Source of the DNA: Dehalococcoidia bacterium
GTDB lineage: Bacteria > Chloroflexota > Dehalococcoidia > Bin125
Reading direction: 5' to 3'
NCBI GenBank assembly: GCA_963663235.2
Contig: CAXXNO010000004.1
Location: 512,001 to 576,000 of the forward strand
DNA: 64,000 nucleotides
In this document: positions 1 through 9,868 of the stretch, one piece after another
Position numbering within the stretch: position 1 is the stretch's first letter
Layout: every line of letters begins with the position of its first letter
Notes under the pieces: generated by a model
Database searches by the model: none
Told to the model about the DNA's origin: nothing
Seen by the model: only the letters and a program-made list of their open reading frames with translations
Made by a program: the position numbers and the translations under genes

Positions 1-282
1 GAGATCGTCCGGCGTGGCTTTGCCGTGAGTGGCGTGGAGGTGTTGGCGCAGGACCGGCTGATCTTGTCGGCATCCATCGGCGAGAGCGCCGGCGCCGCCG
101 TCTTCGAAGTGGAGATCGAGGGCAACCGCCTCTTCCTGGATGTCGTGCTCTTTACACGGGGCTCCGCGTTCGTCGTCGTCCAGGGCGTGGGCGAAACGCC
201 CGGCGCCACACCCATTGAGGCGATCGCGGCGGACCTGGACCTTCGCTTGACGGCAGCGCTCTCGGCGGCCGGCGAGAGTTAA
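1..282 (+). CDS. Hypothetical protein, 3' part (5' end outside the window)
   Basis: Frame 1 is open from base 1 to TAA at 280-282 with high-GC coding-like codon usage; no recognisable motif. Confidence 0.6.
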   Translation, partial: EIVRRGFAVSGVEVLAQDRLILSASIGESAGAAVFEVEIEGNRLFLDVVLFTRGSAFVVVQGVGETPGATPIEAIAADLDLRLTAALSAAGES

Positions 283-327
283 TCGAACCGTAACAGCCGC
301 GGCGACCGTCGGCCGGTTCCGCGTTTC

Positions 328-333
328 TATAAT
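328..333 (+). promoter_or_regulatory. Putative -10 box (TATAAT) of the glnA promoter
   Basis: Perfect TATAAT in GC-rich intergenic DNA about 65 nt upstream of the glnA start; no clear -35. Confidence 0.55.
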
Positions 334-396
334 TACGCTAACGGCGGGGCCGATCCGGCCCGCCCGCCCGGACCGGCTCGCCAGTCTTGGAGGTGC

Positions 397-1821
397 GTGA
401 TCACGATGGGACCCGCGGAGATTCGCAAGTTCATCGAGGACAACGGCGTCGAGATCGTCGATATCAAGTTCACCGACCTGCTGGGCACTTGGCAGCATTT
501 CTCCGTCCTCCCCCGGGAGCTGTCCGATGACGCCTTCGAGGAGGGGATCGGGTTCGACGGCAGCAGCATTCGGGCCTTCCAGGGGATCGAGCGGTCGGAC
601 ATGGTGCTCATCCCGGATGGCGCCACCGTGGCGTTGGATCCGTTCACCAAGCATCGCACCCTCCACGTGCTCGCCAACATCTACGATCCGGTGACCGGCG
701 AGCGCTACGCCAAAGATCCACGGGGCCTGGCGGAGCGGGCGGAGCGCTACTTGCAGTCCACCGGGATCGCGGATTCTTCCTACTGGGGTCCCGAGTGCGA
801 GTTCTTCATCTTCGACGACGTGCGCTACGACTCTGAGCGCCAGTCCGCGTACTACTACCTGGACTCGGTGGAGGCCGCCTGGAACACCGGCCGCGAGGAG
901 AGCCCCAACCTGGCCTACAAGACCCTCCACAAGGAGGGCTATTTCCCGGCGCCGCCCCGCGACACGCTCCAGGACATTCGCAGCGACATGGTGCTCACCA
1001 TGGAGAAGCTGGGCATCGACGTGGAAGTCCACCACCACGAGGTCGCGTCGGCCGGGCAGTGCGAGATCGACCTGCGCTACGACACGCTGCAGGAGATGGC
1101 CGACAAGGTCATGATGTACAAGTACGTGGTCCGCAACGTGGCCCGCCGGCACGGCAAGACGGCGACGTTCATGCCCAAGCCGATCTTCGAGGACAACGGC
1201 AGCGGCATGCATGTGCATCAGTCGCTGTGGAAAGACGGCGTTCCGCTCTTCTACGACCCCGAGGGCTACGCGCTGAGTTCAGAGATGGCCCGCCATTACA
1301 TCGGCGGGCTGATCAAGCACGCCGATGCGCTCATGGCCTTCTGCGCCCCTACCACCAACAGCTACAAGCGCCTGGTGCCCGGCTACGAAGCGCCCACCGT
1401 CATGGTGTACAGCGCCCGCAACCGCAGCGCCGCCATTCGCATCCCCGTCTATTCCAAGAACCCCAAGAGCAAGCGGCTGGAGTTCCGATCCCCGGACCCC
1501 ACGGCCAATCCCTACCTGGCCTTCTCCGCCATGTTGTTGGCCGGGCTGGACGGCGTCGAGAACGAGATCGACCCCGGCGACCCGGTCGCCGACGTGGACC
1601 TCTACGAGCTGGACCTGGCGAAGGCCGGGTATCCGCAGGTCCCCAGTTCGCTGGACGAATCGCTGCGGGCGCTGGAGGCGGACCACGAGTTCCTCTTGAA
1701 GGGGGACGTGTTCTCCGAGGACCTGATCCGCACCTGGGTCACCTACAAGCGGACTGCGGAGATCGATCCCGTCCGCATGCGCCCGCATCCCCATGAGTTC
1801 GATCTCTACTTCGACGCCTAG
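397..1821 (+). CDS. glnA: Glutamine synthetase type I (GSI-beta-like)
   Basis: FDGSSI, HHEVA..GQCEI, FMPKP..DNGSGMH, GYEAP, RNRSAAIRIP, EFRSPDP.ANPYL; adenylylation-loop Tyr retained (DLYEL); GGAGG before the GTG start. Confidence 0.97.
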   Translation: MITMGPAEIRKFIEDNGVEIVDIKFTDLLGTWQHFSVLPRELSDDAFEEGIGFDGSSIRAFQGIERSDMVLIPDGATVALDPFTKHRTLHVLANIYDPVTGERYAKDPRGLAERAERYLQSTGIADSSYWGPECEFFIFDDVRYDSERQSAYYYLDSVEAAWNTGREESPNLAYKTLHKEGYFPAPPRDTLQDIRSDMVLTMEKLGIDVEVHHHEVASAGQCEIDLRYDTLQEMADKVMMYKYVVRNVARRHGKTATFMPKPIFEDNGSGMHVHQSLWKDGVPLFYDPEGYALSSEMARHYIGGLIKHADALMAFCAPTTNSYKRLVPGYEAPTVMVYSARNRSAAIRIPVYSKNPKSKRLEFRSPDPTANPYLAFSAMLLAGLDGVENEIDPGDPVADVDLYELDLAKAGYPQVPSSLDESLRALEADHEFLLKGDVFSEDLIRTWVTYKRTAEIDPVRMRPHPHEFDLYFDA

Positions 1822-1907
1822 AGCGCCCGTCGCGACGATGAGACGACGGCCCGGGCGTTCGCGTGGGCCGGGTCCATCCCCCGCGGCGGCCGCGGAGCGC
1901 TAGAGGC

Positions 1908-3236
1908 ATGGCGTCCGAGACCACCGCCTACGTCTTGGCCACCGCGCGCGACAACGATGTCCGCTTTATCCGCCTCTGGTTCACCGACATCCTGGGCTCG
2001 CTCAAGTCCTTCGCCATCACGGTGGGCGAGCTGGAGAAGGCGCTGGAGGAGGGGATGGCCTTCGACGGCTCGTCGATCGAGGGCTTCGCCCGCACCGACG
2101 AGTCGGACATGATCGCCCGGCCCGACCCCAGCACCTTTGTGGTGCTTCCCTGGCGGCCGCAGCAGGACCGCGTGGCGCGCATGATCTGCGATATCACCAT
2201 GCCCGACGGCCGTCCCTTTGAGGGCGACCCCCGCTACGTGCTGCGCCGGACGCTGAAGCGGGCCGCGGCCATGGGCTACACGTTCTACGTGGGGCCCGAA
2301 CTGGAGTACTTCTACTTCAAGAGCGCCTCCGATCCCGAGCCGTTGGACGTGGGCGGCTACTTTGATCTGACCCCGCTGGACGTGGCCAGCGACCTGCGTC
2401 GCGAGACAGTGCTGACCCTGGAGGAGATGGGCATCGCCGTCGCGTCCAGCCACCACGAGGTGGCGCCCAGCCAGCACGAAATCGACCTGCGCTACACCGA
2501 CGCCCTGACCATGGCGGACAGCACCATGACCTACCGCCTGGTGGTCAAGGAGGTCGCGATCAAGCATGGCGTCTACGCCTCGTTCATGCCCAAGCCGCTG
2601 GCCCAGGAGAACGGCAGCGGCATGCACGTGCACCTGTCGTTGTTTGAGGGCGATACCAACGCCTTCTACGACGCCGAGGGGCCGGCCCACCTCTCGCCCG
2701 TGGCGCAGCGCTACATCGCCGGGCTGCTGCGCCACGCGCCGGAACTGACCTTGCTATGCAACCAGTGGGTGAACAGCTACAAACGGCTGCGCCCCGGCTT
2801 CGAGGCGCCGGTCTACCTCACCTGGGCGACGCGCAATCGCAGCGACCTGATCCGCATCCCGGAGTACCAGCCGGGCCGCTCGGAGGCGGTGCGGGTGGAG
2901 TATCGCGCCGCCGACCCCGCCTGCAACCCCTACCTTGCCTTCAGCGCGCTGCTGGCCACTGGGCTGCGCGGCATCCAGGACGCGTACGACCTCCCCCCCG
3001 AGGCCGACGAAGACGTCTCGTTGCTGGACGAAGAGGAGCGCAGGGCGCGCGGTATCGCGCGGCTGCCCGGAACGATGGGCGAGGCGATTGACCTCTTCGC
3101 CGCCAGCGAGGTAATGCGGGACACGCTCGGCGGCCATGTGTTCGAGAGCGTCCTGCGGAACAAGCGCCTGGAGTGGGACGAGTACCTCGCCCAGGTCACC
3201 GACTACGAGCGCGAGCGCTACCTGCCCGTCCTCTAG
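1908..3236 (+). CDS. glnA: Second glutamine synthetase (GSI-alpha/GlnA2-like)
   Basis: FDGSSIEGFAR.DESDM, HHEVAPSQHEI, FMPKP..ENGSGMH, GFEAP, RNRS.LIRIP; start moved to ATG 1908 (MASETTAY). Confidence 0.93.
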   Translation: MASETTAYVLATARDNDVRFIRLWFTDILGSLKSFAITVGELEKALEEGMAFDGSSIEGFARTDESDMIARPDPSTFVVLPWRPQQDRVARMICDITMPDGRPFEGDPRYVLRRTLKRAAAMGYTFYVGPELEYFYFKSASDPEPLDVGGYFDLTPLDVASDLRRETVLTLEEMGIAVASSHHEVAPSQHEIDLRYTDALTMADSTMTYRLVVKEVAIKHGVYASFMPKPLAQENGSGMHVHLSLFEGDTNAFYDAEGPAHLSPVAQRYIAGLLRHAPELTLLCNQWVNSYKRLRPGFEAPVYLTWATRNRSDLIRIPEYQPGRSEAVRVEYRAADPACNPYLAFSALLATGLRGIQDAYDLPPEADEDVSLLDEEERRARGIARLPGTMGEAIDLFAASEVMRDTLGGHVFESVLRNKRLEWDEYLAQVTDYERERYLPVL

Positions 3237-3508
3237 CCGTTTGGCGCGCCGGCCGCTCGTCTCAGCCGCCGCCGTCGCCACCCTCCACACGAAAGCGGGC
3301 GGCCGAGGCCGCTAACGACCACGCCGCTCAGTCGGTCTCCAGACGCCGAGGATGTGTGAGCCGGCTCACCGGGCGATAGGTATTGGGGCCTTTGCGTCGC
3401 GTATCGGGGCTGCAATAGGCTTGTCGCTGGCAAGATGCGAGGTGGTGGCGGCCGTGGCGTCGCGGCTGACGCGGACGCTCCGCCCGCCAGGAGGAGTGTA
3501 GTTCGACC

Positions 3509-4078
3509 ATGGTGACCGACCCGTTCCAATTGGACCACTTCACGATTCGCCGCAAGGTGTTCAAGCTGTTCGGGGCCAGCTTTCAAATCTACGACCCGGC
3601 CGGCTGGGTCATCGCGACCAGCAAGCAGAAGGCGTTCAAGCTCAAGGAAGACATCCGCCTCTACACGGGCGAGGAAGAGTTGATCACGATTCATGCTCGG
3701 CAGATCATCGACTTCCGGGCCGCCTACGACATTCTCGATGCCTCGACCGGGACCTTGGTCGGCGTGGCCCGCCGCAAGGGATTCACCTCGCTCCTGCGCG
3801 ACTCCTGGGAGCTTCTGGACGAGGACGGCCAGCTCCTCGCCAAGGTGCAGGAGGACAGCCAGTTCAAGGCGCTCCTGCGTCGCTTCCTCTCGAACCTCAT
3901 TCCGCAGACGTTTCACCTCAAGGGCGACGACGGTGTGCTTCACGCGACGCTTCGACAGCGCTTCAATCCGTTCGTGTACAAGCTCGACGTGACCATCGAA
4001 CAGGGAAGTCCCCTGGACCGGCGGCTGGTGTTCGCCGCTGCGATCCTGCTGGCGGCCATCGAGGGCCGGCAAGGGTGA
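3509..4078 (+). CDS. LURP-one/scramblase-like (Tubby C-terminal-like) protein
   Basis: IRRKVFKLFGASFQIYD..KQKAFKLKEDIR and C-terminal LDRRLVFAAAILLAAIE pattern; GGAGGAG ribosome-binding site. Confidence 0.7.
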   Translation: MVTDPFQLDHFTIRRKVFKLFGASFQIYDPAGWVIATSKQKAFKLKEDIRLYTGEEELITIHARQIIDFRAAYDILDASTGTLVGVARRKGFTSLLRDSWELLDEDGQLLAKVQEDSQFKALLRRFLSNLIPQTFHLKGDDGVLHATLRQRFNPFVYKLDVTIEQGSPLDRRLVFAAAILLAAIEGRQG

Positions 4079-4240
4079 GCTTGCCGGTCTGCTCCGACTG
4101 CACGCCTTTGCCCGGTCGATGCGCGCCGGGGCTGTGCGGTGCGAGGCTGTCGCGGATCGCATTCGTGACGGACTGAACGATTGGCAGTGTGCCGCCGCGC
4201 CCGCCCGTCTTGACAGGCGGGCGACAATATCGGCCGAGAC

Positions 4241-4819
4241 ATGATCAAGATTGAGACTGGCAACGAGCGCCTGATTCTTTCCGGCTTCACCGGAGCCGTT
4301 CTGGGCCTGGACTACGGGCGTGATCCTGCCCAAAGCTTAATCAGCAAGATCTACCCAACTGGAGGGGCAACACGGGAAGCGTTGATGTTTAAGCGGTACC
4401 TTCAGGGCCCTCTGGGCCTCATCGGTCGTCGCTGCGTCCGCGTGGTGGCGTACCGCTTCGAGGAAACGATCGTGCTTCACCGTCGGATGGCCTTGTTTGT
4501 TCCGGTTCGGAAACAGCGGCTTGACTTCAAGGACGTGCATCAGGTCCTGGTCGGGCCGGAGCGAGGCAAAGCGTACGGCATCGTGCGGCCCGCGCTCTTT
4601 CTCGAACTTCGCGACGGCTCGGAGCAAGTCCTCGGCTGGGCGCGTTCCACCGAGCCTCTGAAGGAGCCCGGCCGGGTGCTCGCCGACTTTATCGGCGTGC
4701 CCTTCACCGCGGGCCTCGGGCCGGGCGATTGGGAGCGAATCGAAAACGCTCGGTTGCGCGAACAGCGGCAAAGTGAGCGTATGCGCCTGCCCCCCATGGG
4801 ACCGCGCGGCCGGTTCTAG
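4241..4819 (+). CDS. Hypothetical protein, possible bacterial PH-like domain
   Basis: 192-aa ORF; C-terminal half (LDFKDVHQVLV...LFLELRDGSEQVL...LADFIGVP) resembles bPH folds; stop overlaps the nuoN stop. Confidence 0.6.
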   Translation: MIKIETGNERLILSGFTGAVLGLDYGRDPAQSLISKIYPTGGATREALMFKRYLQGPLGLIGRRCVRVVAYRFEETIVLHRRMALFVPVRKQRLDFKDVHQVLVGPERGKAYGIVRPALFLELRDGSEQVLGWARSTEPLKEPGRVLADFIGVPFTAGLGPGDWERIENARLREQRQSERMRLPPMGPRGRF

Positions 4820-6351
4820 AACCCCAGGAACAGCGGCGCCGTGGCGTTCTCGATCGCCTTGAACAGCGGCGCCGGGTAGAGCCCCACCAGGAACACCGCC
4901 GCAGTGAGCACGCTGATGGCGGTCAGCATCGGCAGCGGCACCGAGAACCGGTCGGCCGCCCCGGGCTCGGGCTCGTGCAGGTACATCTGCTTGATCACCA
5001 TCAGGTAGTAGTACAGCGACACGAACGAGGCCGTGATGCCCATCGCCGCCAGCCAGAGGAAGCCGCTGTCCACGGCTGACTGGAAGAGGATGAACTTGGT
5101 CACGAATCCCGCGAAGAGCGGCATCCCCGACAGCGAGAACAGCCCGATGGTCATCATCAGCGCCAGGAACGGCTGCCGCGACGCTAAGCCGCGCAGGTCC
5201 GAGATGTCGTCGCGGCCGGTGCGGTTGTAGAAGGCGATCAACACCGCGAAGACGGCGATGTTCGTCGCCACGTAGCCGATCAGGTGCAGCACCAGGGCGC
5301 TGGCGGCGTTGTGCGAGGCGCTCAGGGAGTCGGCGTGCAGCGCCACGATGCCGATCAGCAGGTAGCCCACCTGCGAGATGGATGAGTACGCCAGCAGGCG
5401 CTTCATGTTGGACTGCTGCAGCGCCATCAGGTTTCCCACGATCATCGTCAGCGCAGCGATCAGGGCCACCAGCCAGACCCATTCGGAGCTGGCGGGCAGC
5501 AGCCCCTCGGCGAACAGCCGCAGGAAGAGGGCGAAGGCCGCCGCCTTGCCGCCGGCGCTCAGGAAGGCCGTGATGGGCAGGGGCGCGCCCTGGTAGGCGT
5601 CGGGCGTCCACTGATGGAAGGGGACGGCGGAGACCTTGAAGCCGATCCCCGCCACCACCAACACCAGCCCCACCAGCAGGCCGGGACGGATGTCGGACGG
5701 CGTCGGCAGGGCGCTGTCCATGGCGCCGGCGCCGAAGTTGCCCAGTTGCGTGGCGATGTTGCGGCCGGCCTCCACGCCGTCGGGTTCGATGGGTCCGTAG
5801 GTCGTGGTCCCGGTGACGCCGTAGATCATGCTCAGGCCGTAGAGGAATAACGCCGAGGAGAACGCGCCCAGCAGCATGTACTTCAGCGACGCCTCGTTGG
5901 AGAACGGGTTGAGCTTGTTGAAGCCCACCAGGATGTACAGGCTGAAGGAGAGCAGCTCCAGCGCGATGTAGGCGGTGATCAGCTCCCTGGCGCTCGCCAT
6001 CAGGATCATCCCCAGCGTGGCGAAGAGGATGAGCCCGTAGTACTCGGCGTGGTTCTTCAGACGCTCCCCGGCGTACTGCATGCTGGCCACGATGGTGAAG
6101 AAGGCGATACCGAGGAAGAAGACGCGGAAGAGGACGGTGTAGTTGTCGACGGCGATGATGTTGGCGAAATCATCGTTCACGTTGATGTAGAACACCGCCG
6201 TCAGCACCAGCAGCACCAGCGTGGCCGCCGCCGCCGTGTAGCCGAGCACCTCCTGGCGCAGCCGCGGGAACAGCAGCCCCAGCGCGACGATCGCCGACGC
6301 CAGGCCGGCCAGCACGAATTCCGGAATCATCAGTTCGTATTCGAGATCCAT
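4816..6351 (-). CDS. nuoN: NADH-quinone oxidoreductase subunit N
   Basis: EASLKYMLLGAFSS, GFKVSAVPFHQWTPDAYQGAP, KRLLAYSSISQVGY; last gene of the nuo operon. Confidence 0.96.
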   Translation of the reverse strand: MDLEYELMIPEFVLAGLASAIVALGLLFPRLRQEVLGYTAAAATLVLLVLTAVFYINVNDDFANIIAVDNYTVLFRVFFLGIAFFTIVASMQYAGERLKNHAEYYGLILFATLGMILMASARELITAYIALELLSFSLYILVGFNKLNPFSNEASLKYMLLGAFSSALFLYGLSMIYGVTGTTTYGPIEPDGVEAGRNIATQLGNFGAGAMDSALPTPSDIRPGLLVGLVLVVAGIGFKVSAVPFHQWTPDAYQGAPLPITAFLSAGGKAAAFALFLRLFAEGLLPASSEWVWLVALIAALTMIVGNLMALQQSNMKRLLAYSSISQVGYLLIGIVALHADSLSASHNAASALVLHLIGYVATNIAVFAVLIAFYNRTGRDDISDLRGLASRQPFLALMMTIGLFSLSGMPLFAGFVTKFILFQSAVDSGFLWLAAMGITASFVSLYYYLMVIKQMYLHEPEPGAADRFSVPLPMLTAISVLTAAVFLVGLYPAPLFKAIENATAPLFLGF

Positions 6352-6352
6352 C

Positions 6353-7873
6353 TCAGTCGATCAATCCGGGAATGTCGTCGGTCGGTCCGCCGATCTGTTC
6401 CACCTCCGGCAGCTCGGACACCGTCGCGGAGATGCGGTCCACGAACGGCGCCGGCCAGACGCCCATGGCGACGATGCCGGCGAGCAACGTCACGGCGGCC
6501 AGCAGTTCGTACGGGCGCAGGTCGCGCAGCCCGTCCCAGCGCATGTTGAACGGCCCCAGCGCCGCGCGTCCCAGCAGACGCAGGATGTAGACGGCGGTGA
6601 TGGCGGCGGAGAGCACCCCGACGGCGGCGAACAGCGGGAAGGCGTCGAAGGCGCCCACGAAGATGTGGAACTCGGCCACGAAGCCGCTGAGCCCGGGTAA
6701 GCCAAGCGAGGCGAGCCCAGCGAGGCCAAAGAAGATCACGAACAGGGGCATCTTGTGGATGATGCCGCCGAAGGCCGTGATGTCGCGGGTGTGGGCCTGG
6801 TCGTAGAGCGCCCCGACCATGGCGAAGAAGAGGGCCGTCATCACGCCGTGACTGAACATCTGCAGCACCGCGCCGTTGACGCCGATCGTGTTCATGGTGC
6901 CCAGGCCCATCAGCACGAACCCCATGTGGCTTACCGAGGAGTACCCGATCACGAACTTGAGGTCGTTCTGGTGCAGGGCCGAGAAGGCGCCGTAAATGGC
7001 GGCGATGGCGCCCAGCACGAGCAGCGCGGGCATCCAGAAGTCCGTCCCCGCCGGCAGCAGCTCAATGCCCAGCCGGATGATCCCGAAGGCGCCCAACTTC
7101 ATCAGCACGCCTGCGTGCAGCATCGACACGGCCGTGGGCGCGGCGACGTGGCCGTCCGGCGACCATGTGTGGAAGGGCCACAAGCCCGCCAGCACGCCGC
7201 AGCCGATCATGAAGAAGGGGAAGAACGTCTTGGAGAAGCCGGAATCGAACTCCACCGCGCCGAGCACCCGCAGGTCAAAGGTCCCGGTCCCGGACTCCAG
7301 GAAGACCGCGAGGATGGCGATGAAGATCAGGACCGAGCCCCCCACCAGGTACATGGTCAGCTTGATCGCGCCGTACTCTTTGTTCGTACTGCCCCAGACC
7401 ACAATGAGCAGGTACATCGGCAGGACGGCCAGCTCGTAGAAGAAGAACCAGAAGAAGAGGTCGAGCGAGATGAAGACGCCGAACACCCCCGTGAGCAGCG
7501 TCATGAACAGCACGAAGAAATGCTTGTTGCGGAACTCGATCTTCCAGGAGACCAGCGCCGCCGTGAACGCGACAATGCCGGTCAGCAGCACCATGGGCGC
7601 GGCGATCCCGTCGATGCCGAGGAACAGGCTGATCCCGTTTTCCTTCAGGAAGGCGACGTTCTCCAGCCACACGTAGCGCAGCGCGAACTGCGTGCCCCCC
7701 TCCTGGTAGTCGTAGAGGGCGAAAATGTAGACGGATGCGCCGAACGTGGCCAACGTCGCCAGCACCGCAATGACGCGGATCACGTCGGAGCGGCTCTGCG
7801 GCGTCAGCATGATCGCGATCGCCGCGCCGGCCGGGATCAGCAACGTGATCAGAAGAAGTTCGCCGTGGTCCAC
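6353..7873 (-). CDS. nuoM: NADH-quinone oxidoreductase subunit M
   Basis: FYELAVLPMY, PFHTWSPDGHVAAPT, YSSVSHMGF, LPGLSGFVAEF; GTG start at 7873 after a GGGAG site. Confidence 0.96.
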   Translation of the reverse strand: MDHGELLLITLLIPAGAAIAIMLTPQSRSDVIRVIAVLATLATFGASVYIFALYDYQEGGTQFALRYVWLENVAFLKENGISLFLGIDGIAAPMVLLTGIVAFTAALVSWKIEFRNKHFFVLFMTLLTGVFGVFISLDLFFWFFFYELAVLPMYLLIVVWGSTNKEYGAIKLTMYLVGGSVLIFIAILAVFLESGTGTFDLRVLGAVEFDSGFSKTFFPFFMIGCGVLAGLWPFHTWSPDGHVAAPTAVSMLHAGVLMKLGAFGIIRLGIELLPAGTDFWMPALLVLGAIAAIYGAFSALHQNDLKFVIGYSSVSHMGFVLMGLGTMNTIGVNGAVLQMFSHGVMTALFFAMVGALYDQAHTRDITAFGGIIHKMPLFVIFFGLAGLASLGLPGLSGFVAEFHIFVGAFDAFPLFAAVGVLSAAITAVYILRLLGRAALGPFNMRWDGLRDLRPYELLAAVTLLAGIVAMGVWPAPFVDRISATVSELPEVEQIGGPTDDIPGLID

Positions 7874-7901
7874 AGGCTCCCGCTGCTCCTTTACCGGACT
7901 C

Positions 7902-9833
7902 TCATAGCCGCACCAGGAATCCAAGCGCTCCGGCGCCGACGATGCCCAGGATCATCAGCAGGGCATAGTCCGGCAGCCGGCCGGTGACGTGGTATCTCAG
8001 CCAGGAGGCCCCGGAGCGAGTGATGTTGGCGGGGCCGTTCACGCCGGTGTCGTTGACGACGAAGCGGTCGAACCAGGCCACCGCCTGGCCGAGGGGCAGC
8101 ACGGCCCGGTCGATCGCCGTCTGGTAGAGCTCGTCGAAGTAGAACTTGTTCTGCACCACCATCGTGAGCCTCGGCGCGAACTCACTCAACCGCCGCGCGC
8201 GCTCCGCCTTCCCCCAGAAGAGCCAGAAGGCCGCGACGATCCCCGCCAGCGAGATGAGGCTGGTGGACGCGGCGATGGCGTTGCTGAAGTGGAAGTTCTC
8301 CGGCAGCGGGAAGTAGACGTAGTTGTTGATCCCGCCCGGGAAGCCCAGCGCCTCGCCCACCTGGTCGAAGGCGAAGAAGCCGACGCCGAGCGTGAGCAAC
8401 GCCAGGATGACCAGCGGGATCAGCATCGCCGGGGGCGCCTCCCGCGCCCGCCGGATCACGTCCAGGCTTTTTGGCGGGCCCAAGAACGTGATGATCACCA
8501 GTCGCATCATGTAAGCCGCCGAGAGGAACGCGGCGATCCCCATCAGGATCAGGATGCTGTCGTCCTGGTGCGCGCTCACGGCGACAAAGATCTCGTCCTT
8601 GGAGAAAAAGCCCGAGAGCGGCGGGATGCCCGCCAGGGCCAGCGCGCCGATGGTGAACGTCAGCGCGGTCACCGGCATGCGCCACCACAGCCCGCCCAGC
8701 TTGCCGGCGTCTTGCTCCTCCGTCATGTGGATGACGGAGCCGGCCCCCAGGAACAGCAGCGCCTTGAAAACGGCGTGCGTCAGCAGGTGGAACATGGCGA
8801 TGCCCACCGCGCCCGATCCCAACGCCACGAACATGAAGCCCAGCTGGCTCACGGTGGAATAGGCCAGGACCCGTTTGATGTCCGTCTGCACGAGGGCCAG
8901 CACCCCCGCCAGCAGCGCCGTGGTCAGGCCCACGCCCGTGACCACCGGCAGGACGCCCGCCGCGACGTCAAAGATGGGAAGCAGCCGCGCGACTAGATAC
9001 ACCCCCGCCACGACCATTGTGGCGGCGTGGATCAAGGCGCTGACCGGCGTCGGACCTTCCATGGCGTCGGGCAGCCACACGTGGAAGGGGACTTGGGCGC
9101 TCTTGCCCATGGCGCCCAGGAACACCAGCAATGTGGCCATGGTCAGATAGCCGTGGCCCATCACCTGGGGCAGGTCATTGGTCCGTCCGGCCTGCACTGC
9201 CTCAATGACGTCGCTGATCTGGAACGTGCCGGTGACGCGCCAGAACAGAATGATCCCGATGAGCAGCCCGACGTCGCCGAGCCGTGTGGTGACGAACGCC
9301 TTCTTGGCCGCTTCGACGGCGGAGGGCCGCTCATGATAGAAGCCGATCAGCAGGAAGGAGCACAGCCCGACCCCCTCCCAGGCGATGTAGAGAAGCAGGA
9401 AGTTGTCGGCCAGCACCAGCGTCAGCATGGCCGCGGCAAACAGCGAGTGCGCGGCGAAATACCACCAGTAGCGCGGCTCCGGCCGGCCGTGGTGGCGCAT
9501 GTAGGAGACGGAATAGACCTGCACCATCAGCGCGACGAGGGACACCACGGCCACCATCACCAGGGCGATGGAGTCCACCGTGAAGCCGATCCGCAGGGTG
9601 AAGCCGTCGAAGGAGAGCCAGTCGAAGCCGACGTTGGACAGCCCGCCCAGGCCCGCGCCGAAGGCGTCCAGGTGCGCTTCCAGGACGAACCCAAACAACA
9701 CGAAGACGCTGCCGATGGCGAAGATCGAGACCCAGTCGCCGCCGCGGGGCAGCCAGCGGCCCAGGACGAACAGGACGACGAAAGCGCAGGCCGGGATGGC
9801 CGGCAGGATCCAGGCGTGCTCCAGCCAGAACAT
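7902..9833 (-). CDS. nuoL: NADH-quinone oxidoreductase subunit L
   Basis: WEGVGLCSFLLIGFY, GKSAQVPFHVWLPDAMEGPTPVSALIHAATMV, NKFYFDELY. Confidence 0.97.
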   Translation of the reverse strand: MFWLEHAWILPAIPACAFVVLFVLGRWLPRGGDWVSIFAIGSVFVLFGFVLEAHLDAFGAGLGGLSNVGFDWLSFDGFTLRIGFTVDSIALVMVAVVSLVALMVQVYSVSYMRHHGRPEPRYWWYFAAHSLFAAAMLTLVLADNFLLLYIAWEGVGLCSFLLIGFYHERPSAVEAAKKAFVTTRLGDVGLLIGIILFWRVTGTFQISDVIEAVQAGRTNDLPQVMGHGYLTMATLLVFLGAMGKSAQVPFHVWLPDAMEGPTPVSALIHAATMVVAGVYLVARLLPIFDVAAGVLPVVTGVGLTTALLAGVLALVQTDIKRVLAYSTVSQLGFMFVALGSGAVGIAMFHLLTHAVFKALLFLGAGSVIHMTEEQDAGKLGGLWWRMPVTALTFTIGALALAGIPPLSGFFSKDEIFVAVSAHQDDSILILMGIAAFLSAAYMMRLVIITFLGPPKSLDVIRRAREAPPAMLIPLVILALLTLGVGFFAFDQVGEALGFPGGINNYVYFPLPENFHFSNAIAASTSLISLAGIVAAFWLFWGKAERARRLSEFAPRLTMVVQNKFYFDELYQTAIDRAVLPLGQAVAWFDRFVVNDTGVNGPANITRSGASWLRYHVTGRLPDYALLMILGIVGAGALGFLVRL

Positions 9834-9868
9834 CTAAGCGTGTGCTCCCATCGCGCCGGCGCGTGCGC

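Noticed and set aside
278-306. GlnR/TnrA box upstream of glnA (GTTAA...GTAAC)
   Set aside because: The spacing fits neither TGTNA-N7-TNACA nor the 11-bp GTNAC periodicity
3237-3508. ncRNA or small ORF (3328..3564 on the minus strand) downstream of the second glnA
   Set aside because: No convincing RBS, structure or motif, and the ORF overlaps the start of the LURP gene
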